From contig CDLV01000006.1 in NCBI GenBank assembly GCA_001244265.2, positions 1,612,001 to 1,676,000 on the forward strand: a stretch of 64,000 nucleotides of DNA, given 5' to 3'. Every line of letters begins with the position of its first letter. Position 1 is the stretch's first letter. Source of the stretch: Microbotryum violaceum. Its lineage: Eukaryota. The notes under the pieces were generated by a model that saw only the letters and a program-made list of their open reading frames with translations, was not told where the DNA came from and did no database searches. Of this stretch, positions 27,843 to 41,069 are shown piece after piece. The position numbers and the translations under genes were made by a program.

Positions 27843-28458
27843 GTGGCGAGTTGGAACACTGACAGATCCAAATTTTCGAGCTTGGCCGGACCGTAAACTT
27901 TTGATACCGGTTGGCAGGTAGTTGCATCCCATCATCAACCCCGCAACAAACCTTCCTTCCGCACCGGGGAACTTTCCCTGACGTTCGAGGATCTCGAGGT
28001 CGATGACTCGAACCACCCGATGCTTGACCGATGGAATGATCCGGTACCGTGCACGTTCGCTTCCGATCATCATGAAGTAGTCCGAATCCTTGCTGGCCAA
28101 CAGTACGGTCGCCTTGAACGCGTACGCCGCCGATGACCCCGAGTCGGGTGCTTGCCGCGATCAGGGGGTCGGCTTCGTGCGCCGAGATGACGACGGTGAC
28201 CTCCGAGGACATGTCGAGGACGTGTCCCGCTAAGGCCAGCTCGCCTTGACCGCCGAAATTGGTGACCCATTTGGTCGTAGGGTCGGTGTTCCGGTCGGAG
28301 CTTCTCCTTTGGAAATTGTCGGGAGAGACTTGGGGCGAGCGCCGGACGCCGTTCCCGTTGTCTCTCGACGTGTGGGTACGGGCCTTCAAGGCCGGACGAG
28401 CCGAAGCGTGGTCGAATACGATCACGAAGTGGAGTCGTCCGGCCGTCGCGGCAGCGAC
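27262..28458. repeat. Long inverted repeat / fold-back palindrome, ~580-bp arms and ~30-bp spacer centred near 27860
   Basis: ORFs 26911..27666(+) and 27796..28425(-) share a long identical peptide stretch; the DNA arms are reverse complements. Confidence 0.95.
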
Positions 28459-28560
28459 CCGAGCAGCTTAGTCAACGTCCGCTCCCCACTCGCCAAGTCG
28501 GGCGGATTCCCTCGGAAAGCCGAGGCGTCGTAAAAGTGGACGTGAGCCCACGGCAGGGAC
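27873..28560 (-). pseudogene. Second, inverted PIN nuclease gene fragment (right arm of palindrome)
   Basis: Reverse-complement copy of 27262-27842 with the same motifs and the same frameshift. Beyond 28458 it diverges to HVHFYDASAF-like sequence. Confidence 0.7.
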
Positions 28561-28754
28561 TACGTCGAAGGATGTATATTATTGGTTACATAACATTGCG
28601 CAAGAGCTTGATCCCTTGATCTGAGCGTGCTAAATCAAGGAAGAATGTCCCAACGAGTAATTGCAAGTGCGCTTCCTGGCGGACTCTCCGACGTCGACTC
28701 GGTCGGGAGCTCCACGTGTACGTAGTGTACCGACATGAGCGGCGACGCCAATGC

Positions 28755-31700
28755 TCACCGCAAACCACCGTCGAGAAAAATCTTGGATGCCGGCCTGATT
28801 GTTGCCGAGCTGCCTTGTCTTCGGGGAATAATACCGCTCCGCAAATCCCGGACCGCAGCGTCGAAGCCCCCTCGGCCAATCGAACGTCTTCCCGCCTTGG
28901 GAGGCGATGCCGAGGGCTGTGCAAGGCGATATTAGACTGAGATCATGTGATACGTCCTTTGTATTCCTTAGACCTGGGATACGACTCACTGGATGCTTTT
29001 CTTTTCCTTGCTCGACTTCTGGCATCTTCAAGTGTTTCCCCCGGTTTGCTGGCTTCGTCCTTGCATCGATGTCTTTGAGCTCGTTCTCGCCGTGCTGTAT
29101 GCCCGGAAGCCTGATCAGTTCCAACCCTCAGATAAAACTGTACGGATGTTACACGTACGAGCAGAGAGTGGGAGAATGCATTGAACGTTTCGAACAGTCC
29201 TTCCGGCTTGAACGTTTTGCTGTCTTCGCCGTAGTACTCGAGCAGGGACACCAGATCGCCCTGTAGCTTATGGCTAGTTTGTTCGAGAGCAATGATGGCG
29301 TCCGAAGCATGGGACACGAATGTCTGTTGAGGTCAAGCAGTTAGACGAGGTTTCGGTTTCCCAGGCCTTCACACTCGGTCCCAACACTCACCTCCATCAA
29401 AGGAATAAACTGATCACCTTGGACAGGGGCTGTGTTCTCGTGCGCGAAGACTAACTCTTCTTGCACTTGGGCCATCCCATCAATTAAGCTTTTGACCGAA
29501 GCCATCACGGTCACAAACGAAACTGCTCGAGTTGCTTAGATGGACACGGTCACGACAGGTACGATGTCGATATCACGATCAACTTGAGACTTACCTCGTG
29601 AAGCAGCTTCCACATGCGGGGCCTCGTCTTCAGCCCAGGTCATCAGATCCGGATCCGATAGATTAATTGCCCGAACGAGATAATGCAAGAGAGTCGGAGT
29701 AGTTGAAGATGATGATTTGATATCCTTGAGCTGGAGTTCGTGGCAAACCTGGTCAGTCGTGCCGGCCTACTTGATCCTCAGGCTCATGAACCGTCTCACC
29801 TGCAGCAGCGCTCCAATGCGAAAACCCGCAGCGTTCCCACGAGAGGTGTTGGCGTTGAGGGTGTTTCCAAATTGTAAGACCATCTGGTACCGACACATAT
29901 AAACTATACGATCAGCATCTGCTCAAATGTATGGTCGTCTGAACTCACCGCCAGCAATCTCTTCAGCTTCATCCCCTCGCGTAACTCGGTCGTCGCGCAG
30001 CGAAGGATCGATAATTCGGGCTTAAGCTCCTCCATCTCCATTTCGAGCTGTCGTCGGTAGATCATTGCCTTCAAGCGGCTAGGTATTCGAGGGATGGTGA
30101 TCATCTGTGATAGTTGGAAAATGATGAGCTTCGAGGGTGTCAAGGCGCAGTAAGGCTTGCGCAGGCTCACCTCATAAAAGTATCGGTCGGCGGGTGAGAG
30201 CAACTTCTTGTCTCCGCCGTAGCTACGCAGAAGTGTAGTCTGAAGTACAAGACCCATCAGCAAGGAATACTGATCGTTTAGAGCACAGCTACGTACCTCA
30301 TCCGCCGTCGGCGCGAAATGCGCAATCTGCTTCAGCGTCTCGATCGACAGTTTCCCATCGTCCATAGAGAAGACTGCTTCTCGAATCTCTTGATGAGAGA
30401 TTCGGATTCTCGCTAACATGATTGAAACATTCTGAGCTCGAGTCATACCCAACAACGTGGTGACGCCAGCTTTCTTCTTGCCTTCCGTCACGGCCGCATT
30501 GGCAGTCGCTCCGCCGGGGCGGGCGTTAGGGGCCAATTGAAAAACCTCGATCAAGTCCGGCAGCTCAGGAACGATTACGGCCGTATCGATATGCGACCAA
30601 ACATTTGAACTAGCAAGTTGGTGAGGAGCGACTTTAGTCCAGAAGAAAGGGCGTGTTTTCTTCGGCGGTGAGTCAGGAGCCGTTCGTGGCTTAGCTTCGG
30701 CGGAGCTCGGTAGCGCATTTCCACCGCCAGCTTGGATCCAAGATGGTCCTATAGGTGGTGCGAAAGGAGCTGCTGATAGACCTTGTGGTTTCGAAGTTAT
30801 GATAGGAGGCGGTAGAGGAGGTGGGGAAGGAGCCTCAGGGGGAGTGGGTCCCTTGGCCGGGGAAGGGCTCGGCCCTGCGCTCGCCGGGAGGGCTATTTTT
30901 CCTGGCTGCCCGAGTGGAGGTGGAGGTGGAGGTGGAGGCGGAGGCGGTGGGGGTGGAGGGCCGAGTTCGCTCATGAGTGGCTGCCGGGAAGCGAGGGTAG
31001 CTTGTAGTTTACGGTCCAGGCGAGTCTTATCCTGGGATATTTCTTTGGGGCTGTCCGAGATCTGAACTGCGGGCATAGGGAACCCGAGCAAGGCCTCCGC
31101 TCCCCGAGCGGCTTGAAGGCGAGCAATGAGCGGGATCGATGCTGCGCAAGTCCGGACGCTTTGGACGGGAGGAGATGGAGGAGCGGGCGGAGGCGGCGGC
31201 GGCGGAGGGATAATCTCAACTGGAGTGGAAGTCAGAACATCGAATAATGTCTGGTTTGACGGCTCGAGGAGAGGTGCGTCCGGAGGGACAGGGGGTGTGG
31301 CCGGATCAGTTGGAGGAGGTGGGGCGGGAGCTCTCCTGCCAAAAGCGGTGAGAAGTTTGAGCCGTCTCTTTGCCTCGTCAAGCTCCATTCGGAGTCGCGC
31401 AGTCTCCTCAATTTTTCGGCTCAATTCGAGTGTCACGTCCGTCGAATACGGAACCGAGAGTGATTCATCGGTCGAAGTCTGAATGCTCGCGTCCGTCGAG
31501 GGCACAGGCCGAACACAACTCCGTGCGGCGATTTCTTCTTCCTTCTCGGCGAGGGCGTCTCGAAGTTTTTTGACCTTGTTAAGAAATGTAAACAGACATG
31601 AACATTCATGGATGTCAAAGATGTCTCTTGTAAGCGGCTCACCTCCGCCTCCTGAATTTCACCCTGACGCAACAGAGTCGTGATTTGACCCTGTAGAGCT

Positions 31701-34700
31701 TCAGAGCCTTGTTGAGGTTGATAAATTCCAGCGCCCGCTTCGTCGACGACTCTTCGCGTAGCTTCCACGACTTGCGGCCACAAGTCAGCTCGGCCTTGCA
31801 TGAGTTGCAGTAGTTCAACAGAGAGTGCGCCTTCGGTGCTCGCCGATCTGTGAATCACGCATGATCAGGACTTTGTCCGGAGCTCCTAGGAACCTTGGGG
31901 AGCACTCACAACTTGAGCCCATCCTGTCGCCTAAGCGTTTGTCCATGTTCAGTATCCTCATCCCTTACCTCAGCCCAGACGTTGAGTTGGGTCAGAAGAT
32001 ATTCGGGAGGTCCCATGTACCGAAGAGCCTGTGACAAAGACCAGATACATTCAGCGGCAGCTCAGGAGTGTCTTCGTCGGTTAGACTTACCACGAGGATC
32101 TCATTCAGGCCTAATCGAGCAAACTCTGCTCGGAGCTTAATTCGCACTTCAAGGAGATCGGGTGAGTTGACGAGTGCGTTGACCAGGCTAAGAGAAGTAT
32201 CATTAATTTTCCAGTTAGCGCCAGTTATTACCTCTACACACCAGACAGGCGGAAACTCACCTCATCGCCGAAGTTCTCCATTCCCATATTCCAACGGGTC
32301 CATCTCCACCCGTCTCCTCCTCACCCATCAACTTGACTCCTTCGACGAGACATTCGAACCGATGTGCGACGTCGGCAGCCGCGTGGTCAAAAGCTTCGAG
32401 TACAATGGTATGACCGTTCTCGCACGATAGAACACACAGTGCTGCTAGGATGTCCACGATATGAGACCGGAGCTTGTAGGAGGAAGGTGAGATGTGCAGT
32501 GAGCAGACGAGTAGCTTGATCGAGTCAGGTGAAGCAAACACGCTTGAGAAACCGATCTGACAAGTGAGACAACATATATGATATCAGCTTCGTTCGACGG
32601 CATATCTGTGACGACCCAGTGGAGGGCGGACTCACGTCGGTATTCATGAGTACTCGTAGACATTTGATGCATTCGGTCTGGACTGTTTCTTCTTCGTCGG
32701 TTGCGGCTTCGCTGCTGCGAGGCCATTCAGAACTCCTTGTCAGTGCACCGCCCCTACGATGATTGTGGAACTGTGCTGACCGAGTCTTTCTCTTCTTGAC
32801 AATCTTTTCTAGAAGTCTTTGGAGTGCTTCGAGGCCTCGACATTCCTGTAGAAACTCCTCTGCCCAGGAAACCTTCGCAGTGGACAGTCGAACTCGAAGA
32901 GCGATGAGGTGCTTGACCAGCGACCTTTCGGAAACCTTACTGTTGTGGCAAATCCCAAGTGATCAGCAAGAAACCAACACCTCGGAGAGGGATGGACTAA
33001 CGTAGACTTGAGTTGATCGACATAGAATGCAGGGGTATCTTTCATCCCTGAAACCGAGGTGGTTGACACCCCCGTAGGATTTGAAGCGACGGTCCACCAG
33101 CTTGTCCAACTCGTACCACCCGTTGGCGCAGCAGCCCCTGACGCATCGAACATCGATCGACCGACCGGTCGCGCCTCGATAGGGGTCGCAGTAGTCTCGG
33201 ACCACCCCACGACGCTTGCTAGGGATAAGCGCTTGAAGCTTTCGAAAGCTCCTGCTTGGCTTGGGGCAGGTCGATCGGGGCCTGTCTTGGAGGATCGTAG
33301 CGGGGTGGAGGTTGAGTGGTGTTGAGAGATGAGGTAGCACTTTTGGTCGATTGGGAGCGCTTGCATTGTCGCTCGCTGAGCGTCTTTGATACCCAGATCG
33401 CCCTGTGTAAATTGGATGAGACTTTCATGTCAGCTTTCAAAGTAATCATGTCTTTAGCCTTCCAGCTGCGTTCGTACCATAAGCTTCTCAATCTCACGGT
33501 CGACGTCTTCGTCCGCCATAGGTAGCTCAAGATCGTCGTCGGAGAAACTCTGCCGAGGTACACCACGCAAGCTCATGAACTGAGTGGCGGGGATAGGCTC
33601 TGAAACGAACGTCTTGGGTCGTTCAGACTTCGGGGTCGCGACCACTTCGGTAGGAGATATCCACTCTGCGAACATCGTCGACAGCCGGGTTCGGGCCAGA
33701 AGGGACTGCGAGGATGACTCGGATTGAGATGAGGTTTCATCTGGAGTAGAGGAGAAGGTAGGTTTGGATTCCCGTTTGATCGTGGATCCACCTTCTCTCG
33801 GCTCCGGATCTTCGGCCTCCCCAACTTGCGACTGAACGGAGCCGCCTGGATCCCGGGCATGACTGCTCGTCGCTGTCGCGGAGGCCCAGAGCTCGCCAAA
33901 GATGGACGCAGGCCTCCAAAGGGAGTCAGGTCGCTTGTACTGGCTCTCTTTTGAGGCTTGGGGCGTCATCACTAGTCGTGATGCGGGGTAGGTCATTCGC
34001 CAGGATTGGACGGGCACATCTAGACTTGAGCGCGACAGAGTTCCGTCCGAGGCCTTCTCCAACAGATCTAAGCCGACCAGAGAGGGATCATCTTCCAGAA
34101 GCATGTCGAAAGCGTCTCTCATGGTTGTATGCTTGTTGATGAAGATACGTCTCTTAGAAAGAGGGGTTTCGACGTCGACAAAATGCAAGCGATGGACGAG
34201 TCGAAGCCGTGGCTCTTGTGCGCGTGTCGACGCGGCGATTGGCGGCGAGGAGCTCGAGGAAATTTCGACGCCGAGGTTAGGGAAGAGGTCTTGAAGAAGC
34301 ATTGTCAAGAGCAACAAGCCTGGTGAGGTTGAGAGACATCAATTGAAGTGTGGGACAGGATATTGAGGTCACAGTAGAGCGCTTCGCTGCCTTGTGGCAT
34401 TTGACGACCTCGTGAAGCTCGAACCCCGAGGAGCTGCACGAAAGGACCCACCATGTTCGCCGAGTACCGGAAGGTGACTGTTAGCTGTTGAGTGCTGCAG
34501 ATCCACACCTTGCAACCCCCATAGCGAGTCATCTGAACTCTCCTCCGTCGCCTCGTCATCGTCATCGACAATCGAGCGACGCACGGTGCCTGCCTCCGGC
34601 TCATTGAGCACCTGTCGCACCAAATCACCGAGCGAACACGACGGGGAGATGAAGGTGATCAACGAGTGAGAGGTCGAGATGGGCTTGCCGGGGAGGAGGA

Positions 34701-34716
34701 TGTGGAGCAGCTCCAT
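28755..34716 (-). CDS. Diaphanous-related formin (GBD/FH3, poly-Pro FH1, FH2, DAD)
   Basis: LPIDQKCYLISQH; LVKHLIALRVRLSTAKVSWAEEF; poly-Pro runs; FH2 KTRPFFWTKV..RAQNVSIMLARI..LQFGNTLNANTSRGNAAGFRI; last exon GGFDAAVRDLRSG..KIFLDGGLR* (DAD-like). Confidence 0.9.
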
Positions 34717-35804
34717 TTGCGGTTTAGCATGGATCAAATGGGGCAAGGTCAAGAGATTGGGCTTGTCCGTGCGTGGTTCGTGGTTCGGAGAACGCTGTCG
34801 GATTCAGACAAAGTCCAAGCTTAAGGCCTTGAGGTACGTGCACGACCGGAGCTCAATCACGTGATCTGGGGCCCACCTGATCGCTGGAACCGCGATTGGC
34901 GCGCTGGGTCCTTTTGACCTCTGGGCATACGGCGCTTTGCTGCGAGACCATGGCTCTGGGCCCGCTCTTGGCGGAATGCTTCGTCGTATTGTTTCATGGA
35001 GTGCTACTCAATTGTATACAAAGTGAGCCCATGACCTCACGCGTTGCTTCAGCTCCTCTGCGCTGGAGCGGGGCCACGCATACACCCAGCTTGCGTGAGA
35101 TCGGGGACTGACTCCGTCTTCGCGATGCGACAGCTTCAACCAGCCTATGCCGAGCATGCTGCCCGACGTATCAACTACCCTGTGACTCGGACGATTCCCT
35201 CCACTACGACGCACTAGAGGACGACGAGGAATGGCAAGCCAGTCGAGATTCGCGAACGGCGCGTGGTGAACGATCGAGTCATTCTCCGACGGCGGCGGCA
35301 TGATGGACCGACCAATCCGTGCAAACAGACCCACCACCGCCACAAGAGCAAGGCAGCTCACGGAACGGCAAATCATCCGGACGGGTTATTCGAGAGGAGC
35401 GCCAGGGAAAGCAAGATGGAGAGGACGCCCCTATTGCCTTCGCACAAGTCGCGCCCCGCAACGATCACGCCCGGCTCCAATTCTCGGTCATGAAATTTGG
35501 TCATCATTTTGATCGTCATCGTCGATCCGTACGCGTATCCGGGCACAGTGGCCCGCCGATGTTCCTTGCAAGACGATCAAATACCATCCGTTCTTTGTGC
35601 AGTCCAGCTGTACAATATGGGCTCATTTTTGTAATCGATCCCCTTACACTACTTAGTCCCGATGCTGAGCCTCCTACACGCGACATTGGCGATTGTGAGA
35701 CCATTTTGCTGCCGCGGCGCCGATAGCCGATCGCCGCTCTTCGGGAAGCTCTCTCGCTCTCTCGCTCTTACCACGCGCAGTGCTCTCCTGGGGCTTCCAC
35801 CAGG

Positions 35805-38800
35805 ATGGCTTCCCCCACAGTCGACCATGCGTCTTCCCCATCAGACGCAAATGAACCATCCACCTCTGCCTCCAATCAACGGGCACCGGTCGTCGATCCA
35901 CTCCCTCATGGCCTTCCGATCCGCTTCTCTCGCCTGTCGGTCCCATCGTCGTCATCGCCGCTGCTCGGGACGCCCGCCGGTGGGGGAATCTCGGAGGCGC
36001 TCGTCGCGACCTTGGGAAGTGCGATGATCGACTTGATCAGCCTCGGTCCGGTACGGAGGGCTGTGAGGTCGACGATCAACCAGCGGCGTCGGGCACAAGA
36101 GGATCCGGGGACCCTGAGCGAGCGAGAGCGAAGAGATCGGACGAGATCGATCGTCGCCGGCGTAGAGGGCGTCGTGCACCAGGTAAGTCGAGAGAACGTC
36201 GAGAGTTGTCACGGTGGAAACACGGTCCGCTGACTTGGGATACTCACGCATTACAGAGCGAGATGCTACTGATTGTGGGGCCCCCATCGGCGAACGTCTC
36301 GACTTTGCTTCGAGCGCTCTCATCTCCGTCCGATCTGCCCATCTCGGCCTCGTCCCATCTCGACTATGGCCAATTACCACCTGCGACCGTTAACAGACCG
36401 TCCATCATCCCGCCCTATCCCGCCAACGCGGGCAAGCTCCGATCCCAGGTCGTCTACATGAACGACCACGACGTCCACTTTGCCACCCTCTCGCTTCGCA
36501 ATTCGATGCTGCCTGGCTCGCTCGCCAAAACCCCAGGGACACGGGCACGACTCGATGGATCGACGAGGAGACAATGGGCTGACTCGCAACTGAATCGACA
36601 TGTCGATGCCATGGGCCTGTCTCACGCGATGGGCACCAAGGTTGGCTCTTCCGTCGTCCGAGGGCTTTCGGGTGGCGAAAGGAAGCGAGCATCCCTCGTG
36701 GAAGCCCTCTTGACAAGGGCTTCGGTCCTGCTTTTGGAAGCTCCAACATCCGGTCTCGATTCGTCCACGGCTCTGAGCGTGTTGACGTACCTCCGAAATT
36801 GGGCCAAGCGGGGCAAGCGGTCGATCGTCGCGACGGCCCCCCACATTGCAGATCCGCTCTACTTTCAGTTCGACAAGGTGCTCGTTCTCAACTCCGCCGG
36901 TCGACAGATCTACTTCGGCAAGGCGAGTGATGCGCAGGTATACTATGAAACGCTCGGACTTGGTTTCCATCGACGCACCGAACTCGGCGAAGGAGTGGCC
37001 GAGTTCCTCGTGGCTTGCAACGAGGGCCGTGGTAACGACGTAGTGCTAGAAAAAGCATGGATCAAGAGCGAGGCCCGACAGCAGGTCGCGAATGAGATTG
37101 CAGACTATGACAAGATATACCCCCTCGAAGAATGTGCTCAACCTCTGCTAAAAGCCCTGGATCTGGAAAAGAGCCGAACGACCCAGGCCCACTATACCGT
37201 TTCGTTCCTGTATCAGGTAAGCTGAGCGCCACAGGTGGCAGATCGGAAGACGAGGCTAAAGCATGGACTTTACTTTTCGGAAGGTCCTCCTTCTCACCCG
37301 ACGACAGTATGCTCTTGTCTACTCCGAGCTGCCCGGCTACGTCACCAAGACAGTTGTCAACATCTTGCTGTCCATCACTGTGGGCACACTCTTCTTCCGA
37401 CTGCCATCAACCTCGTCTGCCGCTTTCACTCGTGGGAGTTTGTTGCTTCTCTCGATCATGTTTAACGCATATCTCTCTCTGGCCGAACTCGGAAAGGCGA
37501 TCGAAGGCCGAGACATCGTTAGGCGGCAAGGAGACTGGGGCTTCTTCGGAAGCAGTGCATTGGCATTGGCTCGAGTGGCCGGTGATATCCCGCTCATTTT
37601 TGCACAATGTCTGCTCTTCGGTACCGTTACCTACCTCATGGCGGGCTTGCAGGTGAGTGGGCCGTGGTCGCCCCTAGAATGCGCAGCAGTGCGGCGCAAA
37701 TGGCTTAGTTGCTGAATCAAAGCTCCCTCGTGGTCGACGCGTGCCTCTCTTCAACCTGCACAGTCAACATGGTCCCATTTTTTTATCTACATCATCTTCG
37801 TGAATGCGACAGCACTCAATCTTTCATCGATGTTCCGCATGTTCGCCGCCTTTTCCCCTGGCTTTGAGGAAGCCATCCGCTTCTGCGGCATTTGCCTCAA
37901 CATCCTCGTCATTTTTGCTGGTTACTTTATCCCGACACCATCGATGCGGAAGGGTCTCAAGTGGATTCATTACGTCGTTGACCCTATCTCTTATTCATAC
38001 GAGGTGAGCCATTTGCGTGTACCTCGAGCCTTCTGACATGACCTGACCAGGTTCAATGGGCACATCTAGGCTGTGCTCGCCAACGAGTTCCATAATCTCA
38101 GCCTTAGTTGCTCTCCGGACGACATCGTACCCTTCGGACCGACCTACACCCGCCCAGAGTACCAAACTTGCTTGCTAGCGGGGTCGACCTCCGGCTCGCT
38201 CATGGTATCAGGCGACGCCTATCTGGCCATTTCGTACGATTTCCACTACTCCAACATCTGGCGCAACCTCGGCATCATGGCTGCTCAAGCCCTAGTCTTC
38301 CTCGTCATCGGCGTCGTCGCGACCGAGTTCTTGCACTTTGCACCTGGAGGCACGAAGCGCGTGTGGGCTCGCACGAAGCGCGTGATGAAGAGGTTGGAAC
38401 GAGCCAATCGGTGGTACAAGCAACGTAAAAGTGACGAGGACGACTATGGGGTTGACTTGGTGCCGATGTTTGAGGAAGATATGGACGATGACGAGGACGA
38501 ACTGATTTGTCAAAGTCAAGGGGTGCAAGATGGGAGCACACTGATGTGGAAAAACGTGTGTCTGTGGGTCGATACCGAGTCGGACACAAGAAGGTTGTTG
38601 GATCATGTCGATGGTTACATCAAGCCTGGTCGCGTCTGCGCACTGATGGGCGCCAGTGGAGCGGGCAAGTCGACCTTATTGAATGTGCTTGCAGGAAGGA
38701 CGGTGGGAGTCGTCCGGGGAATCGTCTTGGTGGATGGTATCCCGCCCGACGAGCAGTTCTACAGGACCACCGGCTTTTGCGAGCAATTTGATTTGCATGG

Positions 38801-40897
38801 TAAGGCACCTATCGTTCACTTTTGATTGATATGATCCCATCGAGCTCAAATAATGCCTCCTTTTCGTGCAGATGAGCGATCTACCATTCGTGAAGCACTC
38901 GAATTCTCGGCACTCTTGCGTCAAGACGCCAGCATCCCACGAGCGGAAAAGCTAGCCTACGTTGACCACGTGCTCGAGCTTCTCAACCTGACCTCAATTC
39001 AGGATGCGATAATTGGCACACCTTCGGAAGGCTTGAACGCCGAGCAGCGTAAGCGCACGACCATCGCCGTCGAAGTCGTCAGTCGACCTCGCATCCTCTA
39101 CGCCGACGAACCGACGACGGGCCTCGATTCTAAATCGGCTCTCAAGGTCGTCAAGTTGCTTCGTCGACTTGCGAGGACCGGCCTGGCGATAATCTGCACG
39201 ATTCATCAACCTTCGGCCGAAACGTTCAACGTCTTTGATGACGTGCTTCTCCTTCAGCGCGGTGGGCGACAGGTCTACTTTGGTCCGAGGGACGAGTCGA
39301 TCGCCTTTTTCGCCAGTCTCGGGAAGGAGAGTACGCACCAGAACCCTGCCGACTTTTTACTCGATGTCGCTGGAGCCGGTCTGGCATCGACGGATGGAGA
39401 AGACCTCAACAATGAGCCCTTCGTTGAGGATCCCCCTCCCGACCAGAACGTTGCCCTAAAGTGGAAGGACTCGAGGGAATGCGATCAACTCGCCGAAGAA
39501 CTGGACACTCTCTGCGCGGCACCCAAGAGGCTTCGACGCAAGGTCGCCGTACCAGGGACGTGGTTCGAATGCGTCGAGTTGACGAAACGAGTGACTAGGC
39601 ACTACTGGCGAGACCCATCGTTCTCTTACACGAAGCTCTTCACTTCAACCATCGTCCCGTTCGTGATTGGTCTGTCCTTCTTCCGGGTCGCACAAGAGTA
39701 CTCGATCGTCTCGTTCCAGAATCGACTGTTCTCGGTCTTTTTGCTCTTGTTTGTGCCGGTTGTCTGGTTGGTGAGTGCGACTCTCAGAATGCACGCCCTG
39801 CCTTCCCGCACTGAACTAGGAACCTTCTTTATCGTTTCCAGAACGTTATCATCTTCAAAATCTTCAAGCTCCGAGGCCTGTGGGAGGCTCGCGAACGCCC
39901 GTCGAAAATTTACGGTCGCACGGCGTTCGTCACCAGTCTTCTCGTCTCCGAGCTGCCCTACTCGCTGGCATGCGCAACGCTCTATTTTGTCATTTGGTAC
40001 TTCCTCGTTGGGTTCCCACTCAAGTCGGAGACACTCGGGTTTGGTATGTCCTGATTTCGAGATGATGACTGGCGGGGAGCGCCCACTGACTTGGTCTTCC
40101 ACACCTACAGCCTTCCTCATGATCCAGCTATTCTACCTGTTCCAGGTGAGCATCCAGATTTCACTCTTTCTACATACCTCTGCTGATTCGATTTTACAAA
40201 GCTTCTCTAGTCGACATGGGCGTTGTGGATCGTTTCACTCTCGCCCGACATCGGAACGATTGCGAACTTGCTTCCTTTCTTCCTCGTCAGCATGGAAGCC
40301 TTCAATGGCGCTCTGATGTGAGCAAAGCTTCCTACACCCAGCCGTCGGAAGTGCATCACTGACGAAGGTTCAGCCCTCCTTGCGTCCCACAGGCCATATT
40401 CCCAGATGCCAAGGTATTGGCGATGGCTCTATTACGTCTCACCCTTCCAGCACTACGTACAGTCGATGCTCGGCAATCTCTTGCACGGACAGCCCATCTC
40501 ATGCCTCCCATCCGAGCTCGTCACCTTCGAATCGCCCTACTCAGTTTCATGCGTCGATTACATGCGCAACTACCTCCGCGAGAACGCCGGTTACCTCACC
40601 AACCCAGCCTCAACGACGACGTGCTCATTCTGCAAGTTCTCGAATGGGGATGATTATATGGCGACGCTCAACATCGCCTACCAGGATCGATGGCGTTCGC
40701 TCGGCGTCTTGTTCGTATACACGATCACGAACGTCATCATCGCTTATGGGTTGGTGTTTTACCCTGTTCCTTGGGGCAAAGTGCTGTTCTGGCGCCAAAG
40801 TGGAGGGAGACAACATGCTCGAGCCGAGATGGCTGCGACGAAGGAGTATGAACGCGAAGTGGCTGAGATGTTGACGGCGACGACGCTGAGGACTTAG
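35805..40897 (+). CDS. Full-size ABCG/PDR-type ABC transporter (NBD-TMD)2
   Basis: NBD1 VRGLSGGERKRASL; PDR extracellular loop LANEFHNLSLSC..YQTCLLAGS..WRNLGI; NBD2 LMGASGAGKSTLLNVLA, GLNAEQRKRTTIAVE, DEPTTGLDS, CTIHQPS; end MPRYWRWLYYVSPF..CSFCKF. Start uncertain. Confidence 0.93.
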
Positions 40898-41069
40898 AAT
40901 GGAAACCGACTGCACAGAAGAGAAACGTGGCCTGATTGACCGGACTGTTACGAAAAGATATGCTTTGCAATGATTTCACGGACTTCTGCTTTATTGCGAA
41001 ACAACGAAAAGGGGGCAAAACGAGAAAGACACAGCTGCACATGATAAAACGTGAGACCTACCTACCTCA

